64,000 nt of DNA from Squalus acanthias (GCA_030390025.1 CM059433.1:22570001-22634000), one strand, 5' to 3'. Positions 22,921-37,130 are shown, numbered from the stretch's first letter. Program-made: numbers and translations. The notes: generated from the letters alone by a model not told the origin.

Positions 22921-24357
22921 TAGAGTATAACTAATGCGCGTGAGTCATAAGAGTTTAATATGACTTTAATAACGCTATTTACAGGCAGACTAGGACCTGG
23001 AGTGCAGTTCCCGATGTTTGTTACAACACGCTACAGCTTAGCTGTGACCCATCACTGTAATACAGTAAATGTACTGAAGCAATGCATAACGTGATTGACT
23101 GAAAACGAAAAGAATCACATACCTTACTGATACTGAAAGATACGGGCATCAGAGATATATTTCTAACATGACTTACAAAGCTTGCTAAAGTTGCAAGTAA
23201 CTGTGTTCTTCTTGCCCCCAAAACCTTTTATTTACAGTTATTTACCTTACGTGTTTTTGCTCTACCTCCTATAGTGGACTTGCAATTACTTTATTTGCTT
23301 ATTCTTCCTTCCTCAAAGCTTGTTTCTTTCTCTGAGTGCATTCTCGCCTCTACTCCCCATGGTGGATTTGTGAGGGTTAATTTTACAAAGGCAGAAAATA
23401 GGTCAATTAAAATGAATGGACAGAAAATAGTCGACTGCTGGTCCATGCTTTCCAAAGATGTACTTCCGCCTGCCAAGGGCACACATTGATAAAGTCTATA
23501 TGTAACTATTCTTTACTCACTGTAATTTGCTGGAGAAATCGCCCTGCTTTTATTGGGAGAGGTTGCTGAGTTCTGTTTGCTGCAGTTGGTAGAGACTCTT
23601 TTTTAAACAGACTCTTTAAATAGAGTTTGTTTGCTTTGCTGTTTGCTGAGTACATAGACTTTGTTTGCTGTAAAATTGATTTGTTTGCACTGTAAGTCCT
23701 GCCCTAAGTCCCAGCCTGCCTCCAACCTATTGGCCGACACAGTGGTCTCAATGGACACTCTGTATAAAGGGCTGTCAGCCCTGTACTTTTTGTTCACGAT
23801 CTCACTCATGTAGCACTGCCAAGGGAAGTTTGTCCCACTATCTGATCGCCAATGACTAGCACCTGACTAGGTGGTCATTCAACATGGCCCAGGCCTAACT
23901 GACTGAGCCTAACCACAGTTAGCATCAAAGTGCCTCATAAATAGCTCATTAGGTCCCCTTAGGAACTTAAAAAAAACTCAACCCAAACAATATCATTAAC
24001 TCAATTTTTATTTAGTGGCTTAAACCGTTCAAAAAGTTGCAAAAAACTTTACTTATTTTATTCTGCAGTTGTATGTAAATGTTCTGCCTTTGTGACAGTA
24101 CAGTCTGGATGGATTCACAGGAGAGGATCTCTCTGGTCTCTTCTCCTGTTCTGCTGCACTGTGAGTATTGTAGTTCCATTCGTGTAGATTCCCATCATAC
24201 ATCTTCTCACTGTCACTCTCATATTGTCCAGAGTGGATAGAAATTCCAGCACAAAGATCCAGGTGAGATTTTCATCACAAGCCAAAGACTCCACACAAAA
24301 GGACAGGTGTAACTGAGCAAAGCTTCTTTCAAGCATTTCCAACACTAATTAACCAAC

Positions 24358-24623
24358 ACGATAGCAAAATACTGCGGATGCTGGAAATCCGAAATAACAA
24401 CAGAAAACGCTGGAAAAACTCAGCAGGCCAGGCAGCATCCGTGGAGAGAGAAACAGAGTTAACGTTTCAGGTCGAAGACCTTTCGTCAGAACTGGAAAAA
24501 AGCAGGAAATGAAATAGATTTTAAAGCAAGTTAGGGCTGGGAAAAGGGGGAGGGGATGAAAGAACAAAAGGGAAGGTCAGCGATAGGATAGAAAGCAGGA
24601 GAGATTAAGAGACATTAAGAGAT
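24358..24623 (-). mobile_element. Penelope-like (family A) short 3' insertion with a hammerhead at 24457-24493
   Basis: 12-bp TSD TAATTAACCAAC (24346-24357, 24624-24635); nearly identical to 4025-4292. Confidence 0.9.
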
Positions 24624-27094
24624 TAATTAACCAACGTTACGGTTAAGCTTCTTATTTTAAAGTGTTGGTTACATTATAATTGTTATTTCTACCTGCATAT
24701 ACTCATAGTGAAGAAGAAAAATGGCAATTAAAAACTGAAGAAATTTTTTGGAGTGAGTTAATTGCTTCGCTTTTTAAAAAAAATGAATGTGTAGTTCTTG
24801 CTGACTGGCCCATTTTTGATTTGTAATTCTTTGAACTTCATGATTTGTGTTTCTTATTGCTACTTGCTAATTGCCCATTGGTACATTTGTTTGTATCTGT
24901 TTCATGAATATGTAAATTGAACCAATTAAGTGCAAATGTGACAGAAATAAATTTACATATAAATATTATGATATCTGAAGTGACACACAAAATGCACCCT
25001 AGACTTTGCATTTTTATAAAAATATAGCAATTGCTCACTTAGGGTATTACTTAAAGTGTGTCAGGGGATACACTGTTTTATAATGATTGGAGTGTTGTAC
25101 CATGATTTTACTGAGAGTATAGTTTAAATGCCTGTGTTCTGCCCCCTCTCAGTTTATCTAAGCCTGAAAGAGGTTTCCAACTGGTTACTATAACAACTGC
25201 TCCATGTCCCAGCAATGAATACAAATTCTAATTTTAAACCTTCAGCCTAGTGCTCGCTGCCTATGGCCAGCTGTTTTCGTAACAAGTTGGAAACCCACAT
25301 CACAATTGGGTGGGTTGAGAGATGCAGAACAAGGGCATTTAAAACAAGCTGCAGATTAAAATTGGGGTTTGCCTCCAACTCATTCTCTCTCCCTTTGTAT
25401 AACACAGGAGAAATGCTCTAAGAGTTGCCTGAAATGTGTCCTCAAAATGTAGTCAGGCAGAATACTAAGAATGGAAAGGGCTAATGCTAATTAAAAAATG
25501 AAAACCATGTAAGGGTGGGCAGAAGCAATCTTTTTATTATGTGCTGTTGATTTGCCCCAACATTCTTACATTCTTCCTCCGCTACTTTCTTGAAGTAAGC
25601 CAAATAAACAGGCATTCCCACAAAGGCACCATAATCAAAAGGGCTAAGAAGCTTGCAAAAGAAGGGGGTCACAGGAATTCCTCCTCCAACCCCTTCTCTC
25701 GCAAAGCTGAGAACAGTAACAAAACTTTATTTAGAAGAACAAAAAAAGAGTTTAAAACGCACTTATTAACAAAAACTTGTCACTTTAAATGCTTTGGCAC
25801 TCAAACTGTAAGCCTAGGATCAGTGGACTTTCAAATTGGAGGGGTGTAAAGAGGAGGAATATAATTACGCTGGAAACTACACAAAATAATAAAATATAAG
25901 TCATCTCAGTTCTTACTATTTCCTCATTATGAGGCCTGCACCTATTTTTGGACAGGAGCTCCCATTGCCTAATGTCCCACCAAAAAGGTCGAGCAGCACG
26001 CAACATGGGTGGAGATCGATTGGGACTGATTTTTTTCCATTTTCCCATTGCCCTGGTGATTCTTCTGCCAGCAATAGCTCTGGGAAGACAATGATCTTCA
26101 GTATTGCGATTCTCAGAAAATCATAGGCCTATGTTGGAAAATGTTATTAGACACATTTTAAACATAGAAAATGGCGTTATCTTTTCTCGTAAATGTTGTG
26201 GTTTTAAGTCTTTGTTATGTTACAAACCTTATTTCTTATACTGGGTTTTGCAGCTAGTGAGAGTTCAAGATGCCAATCAAATGGATTCATGTTGTGCAAA
26301 ATCTTCAGAAGATCAGGAGCACCTACCATTCTGGTTAGCGGGTGAGAATAGTATGATTAACTCTTTCAGGCAAAAAAAATTGTCTGCAATGTTTTTTCCA
26401 CTTTATAGCGCAATTAAGAAAGACTAATGAGGCTAAATCACTGGCCCCACATTTTAATTGCCCCACCCCCATTGCATCCCGCCCAGTTTCTGCCAGGCGA
26501 GGCAAGTCAAAATCTGGGTCAATATCTCTGCATCTCACATGGGACAGATTGATAAAGATTTTAGCAAGGATTTCTTAATTAGATTATTTATTCCTTCTGG
26601 TCCTTTCCTATGTTAGGTAACACCAAAAGCTTCAAGCTAATTAGTGGTTCCAATCTTGACCCATTTTATCTATTGTTGGATAGTTTTTACTTTTAAACTC
26701 TGTCCAAGGCAGAAAGCTTTCGCCAGTGATTCATATGCTTCTTGAATTGCTCTCCATTCTTTCTCTCCTGAAGGATTAATTACCACTTGCAGGGACAAAA
26801 TCCAACAAGAAAACTTTAACCACCCTTAATCCTTTCATCAGCAAGATACACACAGCATGAAAGGGTACACAGCAATTATCAAAACTCAAACTGTGCCCAT
26901 CCCTAATGCACTTGAATATTAAAACAATAATCCACAAAGGAGCACAGTAGATGCAGTTATATTTCAGACATAAGTCAGATTGTGATTCTACTGTGCCTTC
27001 CCAAAAGAGAGAACAAATTTGGTTTTCCAATTAGTACTTATATCTTCAGTCACCAGCAATGTTGAAAATTGCCCCAGATAATCTCATTCATGAA

Positions 27095-27932
27095 GGGCTG
27101 GATTTTACCTGCCAAGATGAGTTGGGGGCGGAACTGCTGCCTTCTGGGTTCTAGTCCTGCCCCCAGCGATGTCCGACGCACAGACGTTATTTTCCCCGAT
27201 TGGCCTTGTTAAGCCCGCCCTGTGGGCTTGCCGGCCAATTAAGCAAAAGCTGGTGTCAGATGATGTCAGTTTATGACGCTTCATCTGCCGGATTTCTTAA
27301 AAAGGGACATGTATCATTTATTTTTGACAGATGATTTGTCAGTGTTTGACAGCATTGACAATCACTGTACAAAGGTGAGCCCTTGTACGCAGACTCTCCA
27401 ATGACTCTCTCCTTAGGATAAAACAGATGGCAGCTGCAGGTGAGGTTACAGAAGCGATCTGTCACTTCTCCCGATGAGGTGAGGCCACACTAACACCTCA
27501 AAGCTTGTCACCTACAGAAAAATCTAAACACATTAAAAATGACTTCCCCAACATTTCCTTACCTCTGATACTCACCAGTGTCCCATTGGATCCTTCACAC
27601 CACTCCTGCAGCTGTCATCTATACACAAACATTACAACAGACCCACAGCACGCCTCACTTACCCAGGCGGGGTTCCCTGACATCGGGAAGCCCGCAGCAG
27701 AAGTCTCAAAATGGGAAAAGACCTCTTAACTGCCTGTTAACTAGCTGTTAACAGGCAGTTAAGTGGCTATAATCCTCTTCCCGCTGCTAGGAGTCGGGTC
27801 CCTGCGCAAATCGGGGACCTGATTCCTGGGAAGATTGTTGGGAGCGGGTTCGGGACCTGCTCCCATTCTTTTTGATTTTGCCAGCAGTCCCCCCTCCAAA
27901 CCCGTCTCCTCAGGGCTGGTAAAATTCAGCCC
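27095..27932 (+). mobile_element. Harbinger-type MITE
   Basis: TIR GGGCTGGATTTTACC / GGTAAAATTCAGCCC, TSD GAA; homologous to 45313-46139. Confidence 0.85.
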
Positions 27933-29829
27933 GAAGTCTTCTTAAGAGCCAGCTAAAATTGTTTCTCCATTCCATATCTAAACTCTTGGTATACTTCAAT
28001 TAAACATGATCTAAAGACAAGACAGTTTGCTCACATAAAAGTGACTGCACTTGAAAAGTAACCATTGGTAATAAAGTGCTTCAGGACATCCTGAGGATGT
28101 GAGAGGTGCTATATAAATGATTTTTTTTTTAATTCTTTCTTTCAATCACTTTCATTCTTCCTCTCTCCTTTATTTATTTCCTCCTATCTTCTTACTTTCC
28201 TTCCTTCACCTGAGTGTTTAACCAATTAATATAACACGGACAGATATGTAAAGCCAGAAATCTTATCACATAGAACTGAAACACAATACATAAAAAAGAC
28301 GGGTGTTGGGAGGTAGTACAGTAACATCAGTTTAGGTATTACAATAGTTACATGCAACATCACATGACAAGTATGATATTCAGCTTTCAAAAAGCTTCTG
28401 CCAAAGGAACAGTTGGCTCTTCACATGGCTGTGTTATAAATTCCTCCATGAGCAATTCAACATGAGTTATTTCCTGCTTGGGGACAACATAATAAAATAA
28501 ACAACTCTCTGGGCAAATACCCAGCATAAAGAGCCCAATAAATTATTCAGGAAATATCAAGTGCAGTATCATAGTGACACACTTCCTCATTGGAAATAAT
28601 AAATGATGACTATTATCATTATTATATGTTTTTTCCATTTTTCCATGAGTATGCTTAAGTGATGGAATGTGCGATCAATGTTTAATTAACTAAATTTAAT
28701 TGAGGTTTAAATGGTAAAACCACATTAAGATCATGTTCTCATTTTTTTCCCGAAGTACTTCATTGTCAGCCCCTTGGCACATCTGTATTCCGTTATTTAT
28801 GAAGTAGCCAGGTTTAGAGTTGCTCCATTGAACTTGCCACTCCTGCACTCATAAAAATTTAAGGCTACCATTTCTTCCTTCCATTTAGATCTTTGCATTT
28901 AACATCTTCTTCCTCCTTCTCTGGCACCTGTAGGAGAACTTGCAGCACATCTGTGCCTTCAATGTCCAATAACTAATGCACACCATGTTTGAGCAATGTT
29001 CTTTTGGCTAGCCTTATTAGTATAATGATTCCAGCACAACTTGCTTCATTAATTAGTGCAGATAATGTTGACTATTTGTAATTCATATGCTGTCCATCAT
29101 AAGGAATGAAAGATTGCCATACCTAATCTGCTTAATGATAAGTTCTTGTAACTGATTCCATCCGTAAGTAATGGCTACCTTTAATTAATAGGCAACGCAC
29201 TAGGGGAAAAGTAGAAATCTGTCAATTAGCTTTAGTTGCTTTTAATTGATAGGTAGTTCACTGGGGAACTCGGAATTTCCTTTGCTGGCATGCAGTTATT
29301 GATTCCTACTAGTAGGTAATCCTAAAGTAATTTGCATTAAAGTACCTTAGCCAGGGTAGCTATGTGAGTTAGCAATGGTCAAATTGCTCATCATGTTCCC
29401 CACTTTTAATTTATTGTTCTTATTAAAAATGAGTAAATCTTTTTTAATATATGTGTTTGATCTATACACAATAGCCCCCAAATAAATTTGTCTGTAGTTT
29501 GAAGTATGATTCCTTTCAAAACTTGTGAAACATTGTTCAAAGCAATTAGAGAACTGTCCATCTGTTGGTAACTAATTTGACTGATTGAAATCAGGCAGTT
29601 AATTACATCTTGGGTAAAATTTGGGCTTTGGTTGAGTTTCTTCCAGTTCATATCATCCATCCCATGGTAAATTATGTAGAAAAATGTTTCTCCATAGTTA
29701 TGAGATCTGCCGACTCAGCCAATTATTTGTGGTGGATGAAGACAAATAATGTATATGTATGTCTAATGGGACAATTCATACACATTACATTGACACGTAG
29801 ACAATACTCACATGATGCAAGGGGATAAT

Positions 29830-30571
29830 GGCCCAAAAATTAGTGCCGCTACGCGAGAGTACGCACTGTGTACTCTCGCGTATTCTGTCTCCAATTACCG
29901 GTTTTCTGCATGCACTGCGCATGCGCTGAAAACCGGCACTTGGTGAATTCAAAAGGGGGCGGTTCCTAGGTGAACCGCGTGCGCGCTACAGGCTGCGCGC
30001 ACGCAGTGCACTTAGTGCTTTGAACGCGCAGGTAAGCATGGAACATTTTAGACATAAAGAAAGGAGGCGTAAGACCCTCTTTTAACAAGGTAAGTAGTTA
30101 ATTAAGTATTATTTTGAATTTTTTTTAACAGGTATATCTTTTTTAGAGACTTTAAAGACAGGTAAGTTTATTTTTATAACTTTTTCAAAGATTTTAAAAT
30201 TTTTCAAAAATGTAATTTTTTGTTTAAAATGGTTAATTTATTTAACTATACTTATTTTATTAATGTGATGGTTTTTTTAAAAAATTTAATTGAGGTTTAG
30301 CTGTTCTTTTGGGGGGTATAGATTCATAGCTTTCACAGCACTTATGTGAAAGCTATGAATGAAAGATGGTGTGCTGCCATTGGCTCTAACTGAGTCACGT
30401 GATCCCACAGCTCACACGAATTAACTACGCCTGTGGGATACGGAAGCCCTGCACAGCTGCTGTCCAGAACATCAAGTTCGTGCGAGCTCGGACTGAAAAA
30501 GCCAGCGCGCAGTGAGAGATCGCGGGGAAGCCTTACCCTCGCACGAAGGCTCCCTCACGAATTTTTGGGCC
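29830..30571 (+). mobile_element. Harbinger-type structured MITE, copy B
   Basis: TIR GGCCCAAAAATT / AATTTTTGGGCC, TSD AAT; colinear with 6736-7479. Confidence 0.9.
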
Positions 30572-33500
30572 AATATGTGACAGGTGATGTGTGCAAAAAC
30601 TCTTCAGCACTGCTTTGCCAAGTTGTGGCTCATGTGCAATATTTGCCGGAAATGTAACCTGACACTAAATTCACCAAAATTACTATACGCTACATGTAAG
30701 TTACATATAAGATACTGTATATAAATGATTTGCAAGTTAATCTATTTTGCATTAATTTTTAAAAGCTATTCTCTTTATCCCTAAAGTTATATAAAATCTT
30801 TTTTTACTAACACTTCAAACTCATTTTCCAATTAATTTAATTTCAATTTCAATGCAGGATTTAATTCCTTTATTAACTTGTAAGCAAAATTCCCACATAG
30901 TAATACATTTCATGTCATGCGAAGGGTCATTTTATGAAATTGCTCTCCCAGCTCAGAGCCTTATCTGCCGGAAATACACTTCAGAAATTCAGGAGTCCAC
31001 TCTGCACGCTGTCCCTTAGTAATGGAGGGAAAAATCATGGGGAGGGTATGCCAGAATTCCTGATATACAATCCCACTGGGTAAGGTGCCAAACTGGTGGT
31101 GCAATTCATTAAATTATTTTTATGAAGTATTATTATAATATTATTGAATGGTCCCCAGTCATCAGGTAAGTTGCACAGAGAGCGGTTTCACGAGGGCCTT
31201 GTGTTCCGGGTGGGGAGCCCAAGGCAGGTGAGGCCTAAACTTTCCTGTAGGGCCCGGATGAGGACTCCTGCTACTTCTAGCCCCACAAGGAAAGGAAAAA
31301 CAAAGTTTAAAAGACTTACCTGTTTGGGCCCCTTCTGACCCTGGACCCCCTTCCCACTAGGTTGACTTGGCAGGAAAGACAAACTGTTTCCCCGCTCAGG
31401 CCCACAGTTGAACTAGCAGTCGGGCCCTGACGACATCTTTGGAGCCCTATCTGCATATATAAGGAAGGACCCCAATGATTTTCAGAGGTATCCTTATCAC
31501 CTGCTCAGAAGAGCAGGTTAAAGTCAAATCAGCGGGAAGAGAGAGAGAGAGAGATGTTAGCAGGTGGGCTCCCACAGGCGATTTGAACTGCCCAACCACC
31601 AGGTTTCTGCTGGTTGGGCAGAGTTAATCCTATAGTGTGAAGAATAAGTACATGGCATAGAAAAGGAGCATAAAATGAGAGGGGAAACCCGAGTCCACTT
31701 GAGGCTGCATAGGTTCAGGGATGCTTCTTAGAGAACAAATGCATAAAGTCCTGTAAATCCCACCTCCCTATTGTGTCTGCATAGTCTGTACACTCAAAAG
31801 TCCCATTTCAGAACTGACAAAAATAGACAGGGACAAGTAATGATTTATCTTTGCATCACTCTTAGATAGATGCGAGAGATACAGGGGCCAATAATGCGAT
31901 GTTCAACGCCTGTAACAATGCTGCACATCAGGTGCTGGTGTCCCATATAATTGGGTGCTGAGGCCTGTGCAACACTCAGTGTGTATCACACTTTACAATG
32001 AGATCCACAAGTGCCTGTGGCACGGAGAGCCCGTGCACCTGCTGTGAACTTGGCTCATTGACACCTCGAGAAACCACAAATATTGTCCCATAGTGAGGTT
32101 ACAACAGCTAAACGGTGCTTCAGATGTTCAGTGTCCAGATGAAAAAGATGCTATACTTTATTGGGTCCTTCCAATTAAATTGGACTCATCCCGTTTCTAG
32201 TTGTTCCATGTAGTTCTGTTTGTTTCTCCCGACTTCAGTGCTTCTTTGCTGTTCTGCTGTGTTTCCATAACTGACATTACTCAGAGATTCTCAAAGCTGC
32301 ACCCCATCTACTGCTCCTGCTGAGTATGTCCAGCATTTTTTGTTTTTATGTCCGATTTCCAGTGTTTGCAGTTTTTATTTTTATTTGTACAACTATCCAC
32401 GCCTGCATCTTCAGGGAACTGTTATTGTGTCCTCCCTCTAGAGCAGCTATGGGTATCTCTCTGGACATTCCTCTCTAATTGCAGGTTCTGGAGGAGAAGA
32501 ATCAGAGGAAGCAGGTAAGATAGGTACATTTACACCTTAGGTGCTGAAGAAGGAGAAACTCAGGCTGAGGCATTCCTACCCAAAAATGACATTAAAACTA
32601 ATGAAACTGTGGGCGAGTTCCTGATGTGCGCTCCTGGTGGCTGAAGCTCTGTGCCAGGAATGCAAATTTGTAAAATATACTCTTGCTTATCGAGGAAGGA
32701 TAGGAGGAACTGGATCATAGACTTCTTTTTCCTTTGAAATGGACTGTTCAGCTCCCACAAAGCACTCAGTCTAATACCATGGAACTGGAAGGGTAAGTAG
32801 TGCCCACTGCAACTGATGGAATCTGAATGTCATTGTAACTTGAATTAAAGGTCAAGACCTTGGTTTTAGACACTCCCTGTTACTATTTTATTACCCCAAT
32901 AATTTCATTCCTTGAAGTTGTTATTTTAGCTAATTAATAGACGGCAGAATTAATCAGTCGCTGAGACTGTGAGCGGAGGTACTTTGACTCTTTAAAAGTG
33001 GAGAATAAAGAGTCTCAATTAAAATTCTGCAGTAGGGAGATCTGAAGAAGAATTTGAGATGCTTTTTATCTAGCTTGCACAACAAGAAGAGGACCAAGGA
33101 CTGAATGCAGTTGAAAGCCGAGATTTACAATGCTTGGAAATGCAAACATCCTGTTTATAAGCTATAAAAATTAAATAAAGGTTTGATCACCCTGTATTAA
33201 ATGGACAGATGTTAAATCCCATGCTACAAAATTAATTGAAATGTTATTGCTGTAATCTATTTGTGAATGGTTCTCGGTCCTCATTTGCTCGTTTGATCTC
33301 ATATGAAATGGAGTTGAAATTCATTGGACAAGAGATCTTGCAGCTTTGAGTGAATTATTAACTATGACGAGGTTCCCTTTGATTAAACATGACAAGTATT
33401 AATGCATTGCATAATGCTTGCTATCTGTGAGGCTTTGCTCTTTTTACAATTTACAATGTCTGCATTTTACACCACAGCATATTCAAAGTGGTGCTGACTT

Positions 33501-33933
33501 TACATCGTTCAAATGGTTTAACCTTTCAGTACAATATATAGTTCTAAAACAATGGGGCCAGGTTCCAAAAGAGTTGCAACTTTGCAAGGCCATTTGCAGA
33601 CAGAGTTTTGGTGGAGGAGACACTTAGGGGGAGAAATTGGATAAACCCCGAAAACGGGCATGGGGATCGCTGTACGCGATTAACCCACGACCGTTCATTG
33701 TGTTGCAGCCTGCACATTAAATTGGTATTGCCTACTCTTTTAAATGATTGCTGCGTGCAGCCAGCACTCCCCGTGCTGTTCATTGGTTGCACGCATCAGC
33801 ATGGGGCCCGATATCGCGAGTGGCTAGCACTAGTTAAAGGCAGCCTGCACCTCTTAAAGGAGAGGTGCATCGTGGCTGCAAGAAGTGGCAGGAGTTTATT
33901 CAAAAGTCAATGTGGGCTATGATACTTTGAACA

Positions 33934-35450
33934 ATGGTTGAACCTGCGAGAGAGCGAGAACCAAGATTTTTAGATAATGCACTGGAAGTGTTGGTGGAAG
34001 AGGTGGAAAGAGAGACATTCTGTATCCACAGAGGGACAGGAGGCACTCCAGACACATCACCCACCTACCGACAATCTCTATCAATCAGGACTCACCCATA
34101 CCATTCATATGCTTCACCTCACCCTCACACACTTAGCACTGTTGCAAGCCGCGCACCCACAACTCACAGCTCACACACACTGGCAGCTAATGAACCATGA
34201 GAGCCACATCACCCAAACATATCGCATGGAGGAGACAGTGCTGGCCATCATGAGAAGGGGCACCACTGAGGCCATGGCCACTGGCAGCACTGGAGGGATC
34301 AATGATGAGAGTATCTGCATACCTAATCTGCCTTCCCTCATCCCACTTCACCCTCATCCCACAATCTCATCTGACTCACCAGCAGCAGATGGTGTAAGCA
34401 CACACTTCTAACTTTCTCCTCCCCCCTCACCACAACCCAACCCTTGTCCCTTTCTCATTTCAGGTACCCAAGAACAGGAACCTTCCCAGTCAGTGGAGGA
34501 AGAGGAAGAAGATGCTGAAGCTGAAGAGACACCATCACTTGATCTTACACTCGCAGTCACCAGCTCAGAGACTGATACTGCGCGTATTTTAGAGGCTAGG
34601 ATAGAGGAGGGATCTGCACATGGTGAGACACTGGGCGGGCAAGGTCACACACTAGTTCTGCTGCAGGGGACTCAGATGAGGACTTCAATGGCCCAGGCTA
34701 TAGAAGAAGGCCGATGGGTGTACATACCAAATTCTTGGTGTACTGGAAGGCCTGCCAGAAAGCCTGTGCTCAATGTCAAGGAGCATGGAGGAGTCCAGCA
34801 CCAACTTGGCACAGGGCTTTGTGCAGAGCTTGGAGCTCATTCTTTCCAACATGAACAGGTGGCCAGTTCCATCAGCACACCTCATGCAGCGTTTGATAGC
34901 CGATGTCTCAGCTTCCATTGCAGCACAAACAGCTTCCAGCAAAGGGCTGAGTGCTGCAGAGGAAGCTCAGACTGCTGCCTGGCAAGCTCAGACTGCTGCC
35001 ATCATAGCTCTGGATACCAATGTTCAAAGAGCCTTCCAAGGTCTCACAGCAGTCCATTGATCTGTTCTCCAACAGATTACTAGGATTGCTGAGGCGTCGC
35101 CCTGGGAGAGTGGCAATGGCTCCATGGAACACGAACCTGCTGTCCTCTCTCAGGATGACAGCATTCATGTTCCCACCCCTGCCACTCTGCCAGTGCCCTT
35201 GCTGTTGCCTGTCAGCCAGTCAGGCCAGACTGCTACAGCCCAGGCCAAGGTAGTGCAGTCTGAACCCGGGCCCTTTAGGCCCAGAGCTGCTCGAGGTCGC
35301 CCTCAAAAGCCATCTGCAGTCTCCTCAATTGAAAGTCAGCAGCCTTCCACCACCCATGCTGCAGTCACTGGGGAAGCACCTCGTAGGAGCACTAGGAGAG
35401 GCAAAGGCACACAGAAGACAGGCAGTAAGGGAATGCACAAGGTTGATTAG
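33934..35450 (+). pseudogene. Harbinger Myb/SANT-like DNA-binding protein gene (spliced, deleted and frameshifted)
   Basis: MVEPAREREPRFLDNALEVLVEEV; MEETVLAIM; acceptor ttctcatttcag at 34463; C-terminal exon homologous to 54620-55746 (EPAVLSQDDSI, QQPST). Confidence 0.75.
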
Positions 35451-35571
35451 TTGATTTTTGTATGTATTAAATCATGATTGAATTTATAAAATTCGATTGG
35501 AATGTGCATTTTCTGGTGGCTTTTATTTTTGTGTTGTCGGAAAGAGGACGATTTGATGGTCAGTGATAGAG

Positions 35572-36039
35572 GAAAAAAAGAAAGAAAGACTTGCATTTAC
35601 ATAACGCCTTTCATGATCTCAGGACATCCCAAAGTGCTTTACAGCCAATGAAGTACTTTTGACAAGTAGTCACTGTTGTAACGTAGGAAACACGGCAGCG
35701 AATTGCACACAGCAAGCTCTCACAAACAGCAATATGATAACCACCTAATCTGTTTTTGTTATGTTGATTGAGGGATAAATATTTGGCCAGGACACCAGGG
35801 ATAACTTCCTTGCTCTTCTTCGAAATAGTGCCATGGGATCTTTTACATCCACCTGAAAGAGCAGACAGGACCTCGGTTTAACATCTCATCCGAAAGACGG
35901 CACCTCCGACAGTGCAGCACTCCCTCAGCACTGCACTGGAGTGTCAGCCTAGATTTTTGTTCAAGTCTCTGGAGTGGGACTTGAATCCACAACCTTCTGA
36001 CTTAGAAGTGAGTGTGCTACCCACTGAGCCACGGCTGAC
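35572..36039 (-). mobile_element. DeuSINE (SacSINE1-like) inserted between the two Harbinger genes
   Basis: Reverse complement of the 11247-11716 SINE over its full length. Confidence 0.88.
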
Positions 36040-36079
36040 AAGGTAAGAAGTGTGAGACTGTTGGTAAATGGGGAGGTAT

Positions 36080-37130
36080 AGTTGCGGTTTCTGCTATTGC
36101 TCATGAATTATTTGATCACCAAGAGCCCGGGTAGAAAGGGCTGTCGACTTCGTATCCTTCCTTTCTCTTCCTCCACTTCCGGTTGCACTTCCTCCTCCTC
36201 CAATTCCTCCTCCTTCTCCTCCAACTCCTCCTCCTCTTCAGCTGGTCACCGTATGCCTGGTGGCAAGGGCTGTGCCCTCATGATGGCGAGGTTGTGGAGC
36301 ATCCAGCATGTTACCACAAATCTTGAGACCCGCTCAGCTGAGTACTGCAGGGCTCCTCCAGAGTAGTCCAGGCAGCGGAAGCGTTGCTGGAGGATGCCGA
36401 TGGTGCACTCTGTAAGATTCCTTGTGACAGCATGGCTCTCATTGTAGGTGTGCGTGGGTTCCGGACCAGAGTCATGAGCCATGTCATTAGAGGATAACCT
36501 TTGTCGCCCAGTAGCCAGCCTTTGTCTTGCCGTGCTGGGTCAAATACAGCTGGCACAGAGGACTGCCACAGAATGAAGGAATCGTGACTACTGCCAGGAT
36601 AACGGGCATTAACCTGCATGATGAGCTGCCTGTGATCACACACCTGCTGCACATTGAAGGAGAGGAACCACTTTTGGTTCATGAAAATGCTGAGTTCACT
36701 TGAAGCGCACGCAAGGCAATGTGCGTGCAGTCAATGGCACCCTGCACCTTGGGGAAGCCTTCAATCATTGCAAACCCTTATGCTCGCTCCGCCTGCTTGT
36801 CTCTGGCAAGAGGGAATGAGATGAAGCTGTCTCTCTGTGTATAGAGAGCCTCAGTGACCTCCCTTATGCAGCAGTGTACTGCAAACTGCGAGATGTTGAT
36901 TATATCTTCAGCAGCAGCCTGGAAGGAGCCAGTTGCACAAAAGTTAACTGCCACAGTCACCTTGACAGCCACAGGCAATGCGGTCCTTGCCCTGCTTTGA
37001 GGTTGCAGTTGTGGCTGCAGCAGTTGGCAGATTTCAGTCATGACCTCTTTAGTGAAGCGAAGATGTCTCATGAATTAGTCCTCGCTGAAGTAGAGGTAAG
37101 AGAATTGCTCCCTAAAGGCTCTGCATGCTG
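36080..37130 (-). pseudogene. Harbinger DDE transposase (HARBI1/DDE_Tnp_4-like), frameshifted
   Basis: LRFTKE..ALPVAVKVTVAVNFCATGSFQ; GFPKVQGAIDCTH; YPGSSHDSFIL; LLGDKGYPL; QRFRCLD; CWMLHNLAI; acidic tail. Confidence 0.92.

Noticed and set aside
23274..24345. Possible host exons (acceptor near 23274; open frames at 24060-24345)
   Set aside because: No matched donor/acceptor pair and no recognisable peptide
28868..28935. Acceptor-like sites on both strands
   Set aside because: Downstream frames close quickly and donors are weak
36080..37130. Domesticated HARBI1 (or NAIF1 for the Myb gene)
   Set aside because: Frameshifts and stops, enclosing TIRs/TSD and multiple related copies indicate transposon relics
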